From Heterodontus francisci (lineage: Eukaryota): a stretch of DNA of 64,000 bases. Numbering within the stretch: the first letter of the stretch is position 1; each line of letters opens with the position of its first letter. The notes beneath the pieces were generated by a model, which saw only the letters and a program-made list of their open reading frames with translations, was not told the origin of the DNA and ran no database searches. Positions 25,042-37,187 of this stretch are shown here, piece by piece. A program made the translations under genes and the position numbers. Location of the stretch: contig NC_090407.1 of assembly GCF_036365525.1 (NCBI RefSeq), forward strand, positions 28,275,860 to 28,339,859. The letters are read 5' to 3'.

Positions 25042-25744
25042 CTGAAAGAAACAGATATAAAAGATGTCTCTGAGTTACAGCAATAATAGCTTGCTTTTAT
25101 ACAGTGACTTTAATGTAACAAAATATCCCGAGGCATTTCACAGGAGTTCTATCAAATGAAAACTGACATCGCTATTTAAGACGGATTAGGACAGGTGACT
25201 AGAAGTTTGGTCAAAGAGTTTGCAGGCGCATCTATAAGGAGGGGAGAGAGGTGGAGAGGCAGAGTAGCTTAAAGAGAGAGAAGCATGTAGCCAATGGAGG
25301 GGTGAAGGGAATTGGGGATGAGCAAAATGCCACACCAGATGCTCCCAGGTTCGATCCCTGCTCTGTGCTGAGTTAACTGATCCCAGCTGTGACAGCGAAG
25401 TGGGATCCTAACAGCCCCGAACTGGGAGGAGGAAAACCGGTCAGGATTTCTTGCAATCTGATCATTATCAGCTGGAAAACTCACATGGGAATATCAAACA
25501 AGGACAGGACTGCTCATGACAATGTCCCACCAACTTTACTCTGCCACCCCACGACCTGCCTACCACCCTCCCATAGAGGAATAAACTTCCAATATTCCTA
25601 ATTGATGATTGACCATTTAGGCAAGGCACCAGAGAGTTGCTGGCAACCCAGCAAACCATAGCCTGTCATGAGTCAGTATCTTCACAGGAGAAAGGAGACC
25701 AAAAAAGGGAGAAAATTGGCATAAATATGTATTGTAATACGCAC

Positions 25745-25919
25745 CTATTAGCGGATAGTCTGAACGTTCTGGGACCCAGCCTGGCTTTCTCTTATCCCAT
25801 TTACGAAGTGGAGGCAAACACGGGTTTGGGCGTCTATTTATTTCTTCATCGTAGTGAGTAACAAAGTACCAGGAGTGTGGAATGTTGTGATGAGGGAATA
25901 ATACCGAAAGAGGTACACC
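25745..25919 (-). CDS. CFAP107: CFAP107/C1orf158 coding exon 3
   Basis: ttttttAG|GVPLSVLFPHHNIPHSWYFVTHYDEEINRRPNPCLPPLRKWDKRKPGWVPERSDYPLI+G|GTGCGT; 175 bp, phase 0 to 1. Matches recalled human GLPYKHLITHH...LPPLRTWNGQKLLWLPEKSDFPL. Confidence 0.9.
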
Positions 25920-27689
25920 CTAAAAAATAAGGCAACTTATTTAGGGGCTCTTCTGATTCAAGCACTGCGTGAGAAAAAAATTAATCATACACAAGGGCTT
26001 CTGGTTTAACAAGGACTGAATAAATCAAATTCTTTGTTACTAGGGATTCCTTGGTTTTTTACTATTTTAAGGGTCATGTTCATGTTGTATCAATAGTCCC
26101 ATTGTTTCATTGGTGACAAAATGGCCTGAATTCCCCACTCATTGAAAAGTTTATGGCATGCTGCTTCTAACACATGCCAACCGCTGCCAGTGCATTACAA
26201 TTTCCTCCAAGATTGGTCCGTTAGTCATGCAGGGCAGTTTGCAGCCAGAAAACCACCTCTCATCGGCTTAGTGCTGCTGGGAGGGAAGGAAGTACAGCTC
26301 TGGTGCAACCAGTTCAAGGGTCACATCGCAAGAGGTCCAAAGGAGCAGCTTTGAGGATTATTCTTACGCCAAACTTCTTTTCGAGTTTGTTCAGCTCACT
26401 GCTAGCTTGCAACATCTATCTTGCAAATGGACTAGACTTGACTAGATTGACGTGTTGTGTAACAGCAAACTTTGGTGCAGCAATTACTATTGTAACAGGA
26501 AAGTCGCCAGCTTCTCATTGTTAAACTGATACATCACTACACAGATACAGATGTTTGTGGAGGTGAAATTGAAGCTTATTAAAATGTAAAAAATATGCCA
26601 TAAGAATAGAGCACCGGAGGACATTCACTGGTTTAAATATGGCCGGACCCACAGTACTAAGATTGCATCTCAGGATGCAGCGGAGACTGCAAAATGCAAC
26701 TGAAGCTGCCCACTCTGGGGGGTGTAATGCACTCCCACCTCCACAGAAACATTCTACAAGGTGGCCCATCAGCTCCTTTTATTTGGAGCCAAGATAAACC
26801 AACAAGCAACCAGCACAAATCAGCCAGAGTTTCTGTCCCTGTTGGAAAATGTGCTTAATACAGATCAGCCAAACAGCCTGCGGGTGCTCACTGTTTAGAC
26901 TCACACATTTAGGGAAGCACTAGAGATCTGCTGATGTCCATGCAAATGTATCCAGCACAAGTCAGAACCCTCCAGGAGAGGGGGAGAATTTGAGGGGTAC
27001 CCCACCCCTTCAGGCATCGCATTTGGGCAAGAAACTGCAGTCAAAGTGGTATCAGAGGCCACCCTTTAGCACCAGGTAAGATATGAGGACTGATTTTCGA
27101 ATAGGTCTCAACTGCCAGACGCACAAATCAAAGACGGACAGAATATGTGGGCCCGTCTGTTGTCTTTCCCCTTTCTTAACGCAAACACACCAATCACACA
27201 GACAAGATCAACAAATTTAAAAGGTGGGTTCTTTTATTGAAGATACTAACTTATATACAGCAATACTGGGAAGGTAGGATAACATGTCTTATCTCTGTGG
27301 TTGCTTCCAACAACTGCCTAGAGATCACATGGTTCTGTAGAATCACAGAATTGTTACAGTGCAGAAGGAGGCCAATCGGCCCATCGTGTCCGCACCAGCT
27401 TTCCGAAAGAGAAATTCACTCAGTTCCCCCGCCTTCTACCTGTAACCCTGTACATCACATCCTGTCTGGTGATTGACAGCCATTTTAGATGCACCCCTTA
27501 AAGTAATACCACAACACCATCTGCAGTTCCTTGATATACGCAAGAATCCCCACTTTCCCACTGCCACAATGGCATGTACTCAGAAATTATTCCATAATCT
27601 GTATGATTATCAGGGTTCAGAAAGGACCTTGTCTTGGTGCCAGGGAGCATTCCTTCTCTGGGACTCCCTTGCCCTGCTATTCGTCTCAC

Positions 27690-27800
27690 CTGATGTTTTT
27701 TCTGTATCAAAACATTCTCTCTGAAGTCCGGCGTGAAATGTGGGTAGCGTGTGTAGTCAGCTCGGTATGTGGTGGTCCCAAAGCAAGTCCCCTTGATGAA
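27690..27800 (-). CDS. CFAP107: CFAP107/C1orf158 coding exon 2
   Basis: gcAG|FIKGTCFGTTTYRADYTRYPHFTPDFRENVLIQKKHQ|GTGAGA; 111 bp, phase 0/0. YRxxY..FP..PD pattern as in recalled human exon 2. Confidence 0.85.
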
Positions 27801-27844
27801 CTGCATGAGCCAAAGGAAATAAACACAACAGTGAGGATTTATAT

Positions 27845-28290
27845 TGGAAATGAACAAGTGGCAAAGCAGCCCACTTGATTGGCACCCCATCCACCACCTT
27901 AATCATCCACTCCCTCCACCATGGCAGCAGTGTGTACCATCTCCAAGATGCACAGCAGAAACTCACCAAGGCTCCTTCAACAACATCTCCCAAATCCGCA
28001 ACTACCACCTAGAAGAACAAGGGCAGCAGATGCATGGGAACACCACCAGCTGCAAGTTCCCCTCCAAGTCACACACCATCCTGACTTGGAACTATATCGC
28101 CGTTCCTTCACTGTCGCTGGGTCAAAATCCTGGAACGCCCTCCCTAACAGCACTGTGGGAGTATCTACACCCCAGTAGTTTAAAGGGAAGGCCCACCACC
28201 ACTTTCTCAAGGGCAACTAGGGTTGGGCAATAAATGTTGGCCTTTCCAGCAATGCCTAATTCCCAAGAACGAATAGCATTAAAAAAATGT
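27845..28290 (+). mobile_element. Non-LTR LINE 3' fragment (CR1/L2 group) of an abundant shark family
   Basis: AAVCTISKMH...SFTVAGSKSWNALP; shared tail CTTCTCAAGGGCAA...GGGCAATAAATG also at ~39855-39995 (+) and ~61235-61430 (-). Confidence 0.7.
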
Positions 28291-28534
28291 GCCCGGTTCA
28301 TCCACTGGCTTAGTTGGTAACAGCAGGGGGTAGCTGCAGAGCACAATAGACGATGGGCTATGCTGAGTTAGCTGATTCCAGCCATAATGACAATGGATGT
28401 GTTACAATTCTCTCAGTACCCAGTGGGCTAGGGAGGGTTAAAATCATCCAATGTGCCTGCTTCTGATTACAAGCCGGGGATTCCTGCTGTGTGGATGTCA
28501 GATAAGGACAGTACTGCATTTGGCTGTGATGCTG

Positions 28535-28955
28535 GTCCCTCTGCTCCTGCACCCCCTTTAGAATTGTACCCTTTATTTTATATTGCCTCTCCTTGTTGTT
28601 CTTACCAAAATGTATCACTTCACACTTTTCTGCATTCAATTGCATCTGCCACCTGTCCGTCCATTCCACCAGCTTTTCTATGTCTGCTTGAGGTCTGTCA
28701 CTATCTGCCTCATAATTCACAATACTTGCATGTTTTGTGTCATCTGAAAAATTTCAACTGTGCCCTGTAAACACTGCACACTAATTCATTAATATATATC
28801 AAAAATAGCAGTGGTCCTAGAACTGACCCCTGGGGAACCCCACTGCATACCTTCCTCCAGTCCAAAGAACAACTGTTCACCATTACTCTCTGTTTCCTGT
28901 CACTCAGCCAACTTTATATCCATGCTACCACTTTCCCTTTTATTCCATGGGCTGT
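28535..28955 (-). mobile_element. CR1 LINE RT fragment
   Basis: QADIEKLVEWTDRWQMQLNAEKCEVIHFGK; GVPQGSVLGPLLF region at ~28805-28845. Confidence 0.8.
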
Positions 28956-29143
28956 AAGAAGACTTGAGTCCGACACCAGCGCTCGGATGTATAATCCCGA
29001 TTCAGTGTCCAATCGTTGGATGTTCTTTGGCTGGGATGTTAACCCGATGTCTGGATGATAAAGATCCCATGGCACTATTTGAAGAACAAGGAGTTCTCCT
29101 GGTGCCCTGGCCAACATTTTCCCCAAAGTCACTATCACTAAAA

Positions 29144-29256
29144 TAAAAGCAAAATACTGCGGATGCTGGAAATCTGAAACAAAAACAAGAAATGCTGGAT
29201 TCACTCAGCAGGTCTGGCAGCATCTGTGGAAAGAGAAGCAGAGTTAACGTTTCGGG
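29144..29256 (-). mobile_element. Very short, young Penelope terminal insertion inside a SINE in CFAP107 intron 1
   Basis: By eye identical to 593-705; 9-bp TSD TCACTAAAA at 29135-29143 and 29257-29265. Confidence 0.85.
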
Positions 29257-29505
29257 TCACTAAAAACTAGCCACACCTCTCTCTGCACAAAGTCCTCCAA
29301 AATAATTTGTTCTTTGACCTGATCAGGCACTATATATCTTTCTTTTTAGCAAGGCAGCCCAGTAATGTCCAAATGCACCCACTACACCAACCACAGGAGC
29401 CCAGAAGAGTCGGACACTGGCTTTCCCCCAGCTCCAAGTTCACATTCTTAGAACTAAACCTCAGTCAGCTGTCTGCAGCCCATGTGTCTCCTCCCTCTTT
29501 CTTAC

Positions 29506-29646
29506 CTTCTGCCTTTCCTCCGCCCAGTTGCCGACCAGCACTCGGTTCTGATAGCGCTGTTGTACTCTCCAGCTGGGCATTGCTCCCAGAGGGTCGGGGG
29601 CAAATCGATCGACAAGGGGTAAAGGGCAAACCGATGGGATCGCCAT
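29506..29646 (-). CDS. CFAP107: CFAP107/C1orf158 coding exon 1 (cilia- and flagella-associated protein); the four exons total 585 nt = 194 aa
   Basis: ATG at 29646; MAIPSVCPLPLVDRFAPDPLGAMPSWRVQQRYQNRVLVGNWAEERQK|GTAAG. Motif PSW...Y..VL.GNW.EER.K matches recalled human PSWQIETKYSTKVLTGNWMEERRK; synteny with AADACL4 and DHRS3. Confidence 0.9.
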
Positions 29647-29720
29647 GTCCAGGGGCGTATGCTTGACTCGGACGCACGTGTGTCACTTTCAATGTATCAC
29701 TTTCAGCCTCTTTGTTTCCC

Positions 29721-29734
29721 GTTTCCATGGAGAC
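29721..29734 (-). promoter_or_regulatory. RFX X-box upstream of CFAP107
   Basis: Minus strand GTCTCCATGGAAAC fits GTYNCYATRGNAAC exactly, 75-88 bp upstream of the ATG of a ciliary gene. Confidence 0.75.
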
Positions 29735-30519
29735 TGCCTTCAGTAACACTCCACTGATCGAGAAGTCTAGGCGCCGATCTGGGTTTACTTTCTGTATCTT
29801 ATTAAGCATTTTCTATAACTCTCTAAGGTCACACATGCGACCTCAGTTTGCACAGCTGATCAGATGATTCCTGATAGATCTTCCATTGACCATCTAGGAT
29901 CAGCCTTGCTGCTCTCCAGTGTATTACCTCCAGTGGACAATGGACCCAGGAGCCACAGGTTTGAGGAATTTCTTTACAACGAAGGTGATGAGCAAGTACC
30001 ACGGATTTTCGGTAAGTGTAACAAGGCTTTATTTACCAAATAGCTAGGTGCTGCAATGGGAAGATGATAGGGTCGATGTTCTGCAAGGAAGATAACGAAT
30101 GGGCTTTCTTTATCCCAACCTATCTTATAATCTCTACAGTCATTGAGCTATTAGTAAACTCAGCTTTTCACAAGGTAGAAAGACTCCTGTGTCTGGTTGT
30201 CTGTATGTTTTGTGATGTAACTTCCCAGGAGTTAGCCCTGTTACTGTCCAATTCCCCTCTTCCATTGTAACATCACAGTAGCATATTACATCAGATTTGT
30301 GATGTCTTGGTACAGTAAGATGAGAACAGTTTGTTGAGAGGAAGTCAGTGATTGTGATTCATGGCTGTGCTGCTTTGACATAGTGTAAATATACTGATCT
30401 AAATTGGAAAATGACATGCACAAGTCAGAAAAAAGTGGATGTTTTAGGTTTCAAAAAGCCAAGCAGGAGATGAAGGTTGGATGGGGGAATCATCTATTAG
30501 TCTGAAACTCTACTGAGTG

Positions 30520-30960
30520 TCAACTGTGACTCAGTTGGTAACACTCACCTCTGAGTCACAATCCAGAGGTTTGGCCACATAATCCAGGCTAACATTCCAA
30601 TGCAGTACTGAGGGAGTGCTGTACTGTTGGAAGTGCTGTCTTTTGGATGAGATGTTAAACTAAGATCCTGTTTGTTTTCAGGTGGATGTGAAAGAACACA
30701 TGCATGGCACTATTTTGAAGAAGAGCAGGAGAGTTCTCCCTGGTGTCCTGGCCAATATTTATCTCTCAATCAACAGCACAAAAACGGATGATCTGGTCAT
30801 CATCACGTTGCTGTTTGTGGGAGCTTACTGTGCACAAATTGGCTGCCATGTTTTCCAACTTTTGAACAGTGACTATACTTCAGAAATATTATTTTATTGG
30901 CTGTAAAGATCTTTGGGATGTCTTGGGTTTGCAAAAGGTGGTGTGTCGAGTCTTTCTTTG
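30520..30960 (+). mobile_element. Deu-type tRNA-derived SINE (SacSINE1-like)
   Basis: Same head and body as 10058-10465. Confidence 0.8.
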
Positions 30961-31139
30961 ATAGTCAGATTTCTTTCTTCCATTTAGTTACCTTATCTCA
31001 TTTCCTCAGATACGATCCACACGTCTTTCTTCCCGCCCCTCACCCAGACTGTGTCTCCAGCGAAGGGGATAAGCATCAGTCCATCTCAGTAAACGATGGA
31101 CTGCGCACGGGGTGTATGTCACTTCTGGATTGAACATTG

Positions 31140-33290
31140 TCTGCTGTGGCTGTAGAGGCTAACTCAGGAGTGGCAATCCCTTCCACAGCTGGCACAGAGG
31201 AATACAGTTGGCCCGAGGTCAACTGAGGTGTCACTTGCAGACATCCTTGTATCATAGATGTGTGCGACTTGTTGGTCTCATGTCACTTGCAAGCTCACCA
31301 TAGAGTATGTCTTCGGGGGCACGGCTGTCATCCTTAACGGCTCAAATGGCCCAGCCAACGGAGTCGCTGCTGAATCAAGAGGGCAAACATGCTAGGGATC
31401 CCTGCACGCTGGCGTACTTCCATATTCGGCCTTCTGTCCTGCCAGGACATGCCCAATATCCGTCTGACGTGACGGAAGTGGAAGCCATTCAGTTACTTTT
31501 CTTGGCTTGCATTAGTTTTCCATACTTCACTGCTGGAAAGGCAGGTGCTGAGAATACAAGCCTGGTACATGCGGAGCTTTGGTATCTTGGGCTGGTTTGC
31601 TGTTGCTCCATACTCGCCTTCTCACTTTGACAACCCTGGTGCTGATTTCAGCATCAAGGGACAGGTTGCTGGTGATTGTTGATCCACGGTATGTGAAGCT
31701 GTTGATGACCTGCAGAGTGAGGTTGTTGATGTTGATGGAAGGTGGCGTCTCTACATCCTGGATTGCTGATTGTCAGTCCAAACTCCTTGCAGGCCCAGGA
31801 GAACCAATCTACAAGCTGCTGCAAGTGAACGGCCTTTGGTCATTCAGGCCCCTACCTGCCAAGACTGAGGCACACATTATTTTACCACATGAACATTAAA
31901 ACTTAAAATTGTTGCTGGGAAGAAAAGAGGGCCTATCACAAGGAATTGCCAGGCCCCTCGCCGGAAAAGCCTTTTTTGCATACTAGCAGACAGTGCTGGA
32001 ACAAAGGAACCAGTCCCTGCTTCCCCAATACACAGAAGACCTGGTCAGATCAGTTTAGTCACATGACTAACTGGCTTTTGGAGTTTTTTGAATTTGAACT
32101 TGCCACAGAGTTTTAGAACTCAGAAAGCTGTTTGCTCCTGGACTGGAAAAGACCTCTCTCCTCTTTGCTCTCATCTCGCTCTCACCAGCTTCGGAAACCA
32201 TTGAAGACACATGAACCCCAAGAGAGAAAAGTCTCCTACAGTGAACAAGGTTTAAGAAGAATACTGGGGCCCAACAAAAAGCGAGAACTACCCACAAAAG
32301 GACTGCAGTGTGCTCGAAGCACAGTAACAAGAAACTCTTCCAATATTGCCTCAAACCTCTCTACTTTATTTTGCCTTCTGCTTTTTTCTGTCTCTATTTG
32401 CATGTGCATATCGTGTATGCATGCTAGTGTGGGGCATGGTGTGTATTCATAGGCATTAACCGAATTAGAGTTTAAGTTTAATAACATTTCACTTTTCTTC
32501 TTTAAACCTAAGAAAGCCTGTTTATGCTCATTTCTTTGCCTTATAATTGGAAAGTGATGAACAAGGATTCACCAAGGGGGAACTCAAAAATGGTGTGTTT
32601 AAAATCAAACCCTGTTACAATAAAACCAGATGAAGGCTGAGAAAGACCCACCCACCCCCCCCCCCCCCCGCCCAGATACCTTTCTCACCTGGTCGTAACC
32701 CTATTTTCCATAGTAGTTTGAAGAGTTTGTCTCTGCTGATAACATTGAAGGCCTCGGTGAGGTCTACAAAGGCAATGTAGAGTGCTCCTGTAGCTGTTGA
32801 AGTGTGAAAATCATGTTGACTGTCAATCTGCCAGCTCAGAAGCTGCACTGAGACTCAGGATAGATGCGTGATGCCAGGGTCTGCAATCTGGTCAGAGCAA
32901 CACGAGCAAAGACCTTCCCCACAATACTTAGCAAGGACGTGCCTCAGTAATTGTTGCAATCCACCTTGTTTTTGCACAAGGTGACTATGTTTGCATCACA
33001 CGTGCCTTGATGCACAGATCTTTCCTTCCAACAGAGACACAAAGTTCATGGAGATGCTGCAGCCGTGCTGTTTTTCCACTTTTGATGATTTCAGATGGGA
33101 TGCCATCATTTCCCAGGGCTTTACCGCTGGTGAGACGATCAGTGGCCTTGTTAAGCTCTACAATGGTGGGCTTGCTGTCCAGCTTCTCCATGACAGGAAA
33201 GTCTGGAATGGCACGGAGAGCTTCCGCAGTTACAACATTCTCCATTGCATATAGTCCGAGGTAATGCTCCACCCACCTTTCCATCTGCTT
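31140..33290 (-). mobile_element. Old decayed RTE LINE, interrupted by a solo LTR and internally deleted
   Basis: Fragments ERWVEHYLGLY...GKALGNDGIPSEIIK, LYIAFVDLTEAFNVISR..LFKLLWKIG and HLQQLVDWFSWACKEFGLTI; frameshifted. Confidence 0.8.
31838..32700 (+). mobile_element. Solo LTR, same family as 53806-54721 (opposite orientation)
   Basis: Shared blocks CCTGCCAAG...ATGAACATT, CATGAACCCCAAGAGAGAAAAG and GAACAAGGATTCAC.AAGGGG...AAACCCTGTTAC; terminal bases degraded; flanks CTTT/CTAT. Confidence 0.75.
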
Positions 33291-33860
33291 TCTTGGTTAC
33301 AATTGCAGGTGCACGAGCCAACCCTGAATCTCAAGTTGTAAAACATTATCTGCCTGAGTTATGCCAGTTTTCTGGAGTTAGGTGAGCTGGGGTGGAAAAT
33401 TTGGACGATGGACCAACCCTGCCCAATTGTGCACAGCAATCGGGACCTTGTGACATCACTTTCACTGGCTGCTGTAAACACCGGACCAAATATGGGGTGC
33501 ATATTCAAATAAGGCGGTAATGACAGCGTGATGTCGGGCTCCTGTCATAACTTCCTTAGTAACACTGGGTGCTAATAGCACCATCATTTCATTGGCACTG
33601 GCTCACCCCCACCCACCCTGTTCATGCTCCATCCCCCACCCATCAAATTCCATCTGCCCGGATGGCAGTCACACCCTTTAAGTTGCTCCAGATCTTGCAG
33701 TGATTCTCTACCCACTTTGTGTCGCCTCCCCCACCTCGGGTAGTGAGATTTACTGTACGGACCGAAACTGGGATCAGTGGAGGGACAGATACACAGACGC
33801 AAGTCCCACTTCATCACTGGAGCAGCACTTCTGATTGTCAATGTACAAATCCACAAATAT

Positions 33861-35177
33861 TCTTCTTCTTTGGCCTCCTTGTCTCGAGAGACAATGGGTA
33901 AGCGCCTGGAGGTGGTCAGTGGTTTGTGAAGCAGCGCCTGGAGTGGCTATAAAGGCCAATTCTAGAGCGACAGACTCTTCCACAGGCGCTGCTGATAAAA
34001 TTGGTTGTCAGGGCTGTTACACAGTTGGCTCTCTCCTTGCGCTTCTGTCTTTTTTCCTGCCAACTGCTAAGTCTCTTCGACTCGCCACGCTTTAGCCCCA
34101 CCTTTATGGCTGCCCGCCAGCTCTGGCGATCGCTGGGAACTGACTCCCACGACTTGTGATCAATGTCACAGGACTTCATGTCGTGTTTGCATACGTCTTT
34201 AAAGCGGAGACATGGACGGCCGGTGGGTCTGGTACCAGTGATGAGCTCGCTGTACAATGTGACTTTGGGGATCCTGCCATCTTCCATGCGGCTCACATGG
34301 CCAAGCCATCTCAAGCACTGCTGGCTCAGTAGGGTGTATATGCTGGGGATGTTGGCCACCTCGAGGATTTCTGTGTTGGAGATGCGGTCCTGCCACCTGA
34401 TGCCAAGGATTCTCCGGAAGCAGCGAAGATAAAATGAATTGAGACGTCGCTCTTGGCTGACATACATTGTCCAGGCCTCACGGCCGTAGAGCAAGGTACT
34501 GAGGATACAGGTTTGATACACTCGGACTTTTGTGTTCCGTGTCAGTGCGCCATTTTCCCACACTCTCTTGCCCAGTCTGGACATAGCAGAGGAAGCCTTT
34601 CCCATGCGCTTGTTGATTTCTGCATCGAGAGACAGGTTACTGGTGATAGTTGAGCCTAGGTAGATGAACTCTTGAACCACTTCCAGAGTGTGGTCACCGA
34701 TATTGATGGATGGGGCATTTCTGATGTCCTGTCCCATGATGTTCGTTTTCTTGAGGCTGATGGTTCGGCCAGATTCGTTGCAGGCAGCCGCAAACCTGTT
34801 GATGAGACTCTGCAGACACTCTTCAGTGTGAGATGTTAAAGCAGCATTGTCAGCAAAGATGAGTTCCCTGATGAGGACTTTCTGTACTTTGGTCTTCGCT
34901 CTTAGACGGGCAAGGTTGAACAACCTGCCATCTGATCTTGTGTGGAGGAAAATTCCTTCTTCTGAAGACTTGAACGCATGTGAGAGCAGCAGGGAGAAGA
35001 AAATCCCAAACAGTGTAGGTGCGAGAACACAGCCCTGTTTCACGCCACTCAGCATAGGAAAGGGGTCTGATGAGGCACTGCCATGCTGAATTGTGCTTTT
35101 CATATTGTCATGGAATGAGGTGATGATACTTAGTAGCTTTGGTGGACATCCAATCTTTTCTAGTAGTCTGAAGAAAC
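33861..35177 (-). mobile_element. 5'-truncated RTE LINE, same family as 1453-2556, with a long open ORF
   Basis: 425-aa ORF with GVKQGCVLAPTLF and ELIFADNAAL; (AAG)n tail; candidate 7-bp TSD CAAATAT at 33854-33860 and 35178-35184. Confidence 0.92.
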
Positions 35178-36245
35178 CAAATATACTCTTCAATAATCAA
35201 AGGTTTTATCAATCCAGAAAAAAAAGTCAAACATGAAATCTACTCACATCATAATCCAAACTGGTTTAAACAGCCATCTACACTATTACAATTGAGAAGG
35301 AGCACAGCAACCTGCACTTTTACTGGCTCTCAGACATTGACCAGAAGGAATTAGCATGTCATATCATACAACATCATTGCTGACTTTGTGCCCATACTTC
35401 TTCTGTGAGGCTGGACACGGATTATCAGTGTGCTATGCGACTGTGAGGGGCATCGCAACGGTGCCTAATCCTGAGAAGAGGGGAGAAATCCTGGACAGGA
35501 AAAATGATTTTAAAAGAAACATGTTATAAATATACAGAGAGAAGTAGTATTGTGGTTCTCAGTGTCTGAAGCACTCGAGGAAATTACACTCATGTCCACC
35601 CAGTATTCTCTGTGTAACTGTGTCTGTTGAGGTACCTCTTCATTGTACTTATAAGGGGTCATATTCTGAGTCTGTGCTTCTAGTAAGGAGCCTTACCCAC
35701 TGGAAGCACATGTTGGAAATTTGGTGTCTGCTGCTCATGATTTTCTAACTGTGCAAATTATTAGTCGGAAAATTGTGCACAATGTGCATTCCAGTTTCTG
35801 ATCTACGCTTCCTGGGGCAAGGTTCAGAGTGGGAAGTTGGAAAAGGGTCCCTTTGGTGTAATCTCAGCTCTCATAACCTCCCCGCTGCAGAATTGGTTGG
35901 TTGGTGCAGTTTCTAATAGATTGTTCCTTCCTTTTTTGTATACTCAAAAATTGCTAATGTGACTCCATAATTTAAGAAGGGTGGTCGAGGGAAGTCAGGT
36001 AACTACAGTCATATCGGTTTAACATCAGTTTTAGAGGAACGGCTATCACCAAGGATGGAGTGACTGAGCACGTGAGAAAACATGAACTGATCAGGGAGAG
36101 TCGGCATGGCTTTGTTAAAGGCGACTAATCCAGTTGAAATTCTGGAGGTGGCCACTAATAAGGTAGACAAAGGAGTTTCTACGAATGCTATATATATGGA
36201 CTTGCAGAAATCATTCAATAAGTTTCCACACAAAAATGAAAGCAC

Positions 36246-36745
36246 TGTTGGATCCCATTAATTATACAAAGAGAGACAAAGTCTGACTGTAGCTTTAAGA
36301 AACTTTATTGCAGTACTTCTTGGTTACATCATCAGCAAAGCAAACAACAACAACACCTGGGCTCTTCTCTCCTCTCCTTCCTGAGCAGGGAAATCAAGCC
36401 TTTCTTATAGTTCATACAAATCAGTGACACCCCCTTTATGTTCCCAATTGGTTTACAAACTTTGCAGTTTCCTGGTGTCATGGCCTGATTGGGGTACTGC
36501 CTTGTCACCTTCCCCTCTAGCAGTTTCTCATCCCCCCTATCTCCTTGGACCGTTAGTAGCATTGTATAGCAATCAGCCTATGAAGCAGCTTGCAGCTGTC
36601 CTGTTAGTTTTTGCTTGTTAGTTTACTTCTACTGATAAACTAACTTCAGGGCTGCACAGAAAGCTTGTTAGTAGTACATGATTGATTAATTATTTCACCT
36701 TAAATGTCCCCATATTATTCTGTTCTCGAAAATTCTGTTTCCACA
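36246..36745 (-). mobile_element. Solo LTR (500 bp)
   Basis: Termini TGTTGG...TCCACA; exact TSD GCAC at 36242-36245 and 36746-36749; minus-strand AATAAA at 36304-36309. Confidence 0.7.
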
Positions 36746-37187
36746 GCACAAGAAATTGGAGGTAGTCTTGGGTTGGAAATTGTGATGCAGGAGTGGAGAT
36801 AATGGCTAAATACAGAGATCTGAGTAGATGTTCTGCATATGGATCCGAACCCATTATGGTGCAAACTCATAATTACTGCCATTGTGCATCATTCCACAGA
36901 CTCCAATACTTTGACCATGTGGATAATCATTATGATTTTAGCAATGCACATCAAGAGACCATTTTTCCATAGAGGGAGGTCATGATAGCCAATTAATTCA
37001 GCATATATCCCAGGATTTGAACCTGGTACTTTGTGCCTGAATGGATAAATTACACACTGACTTTATACCAACTGAGCCATTGAAGGAATGACAGTACCTT
37101 ACTGTTCCATAAGCAGGAGAAAGCCTGAGAATACATGGTGCAAACAGATGGAAATACTGTACCTACAACAAGTACAGTAAACAAACA

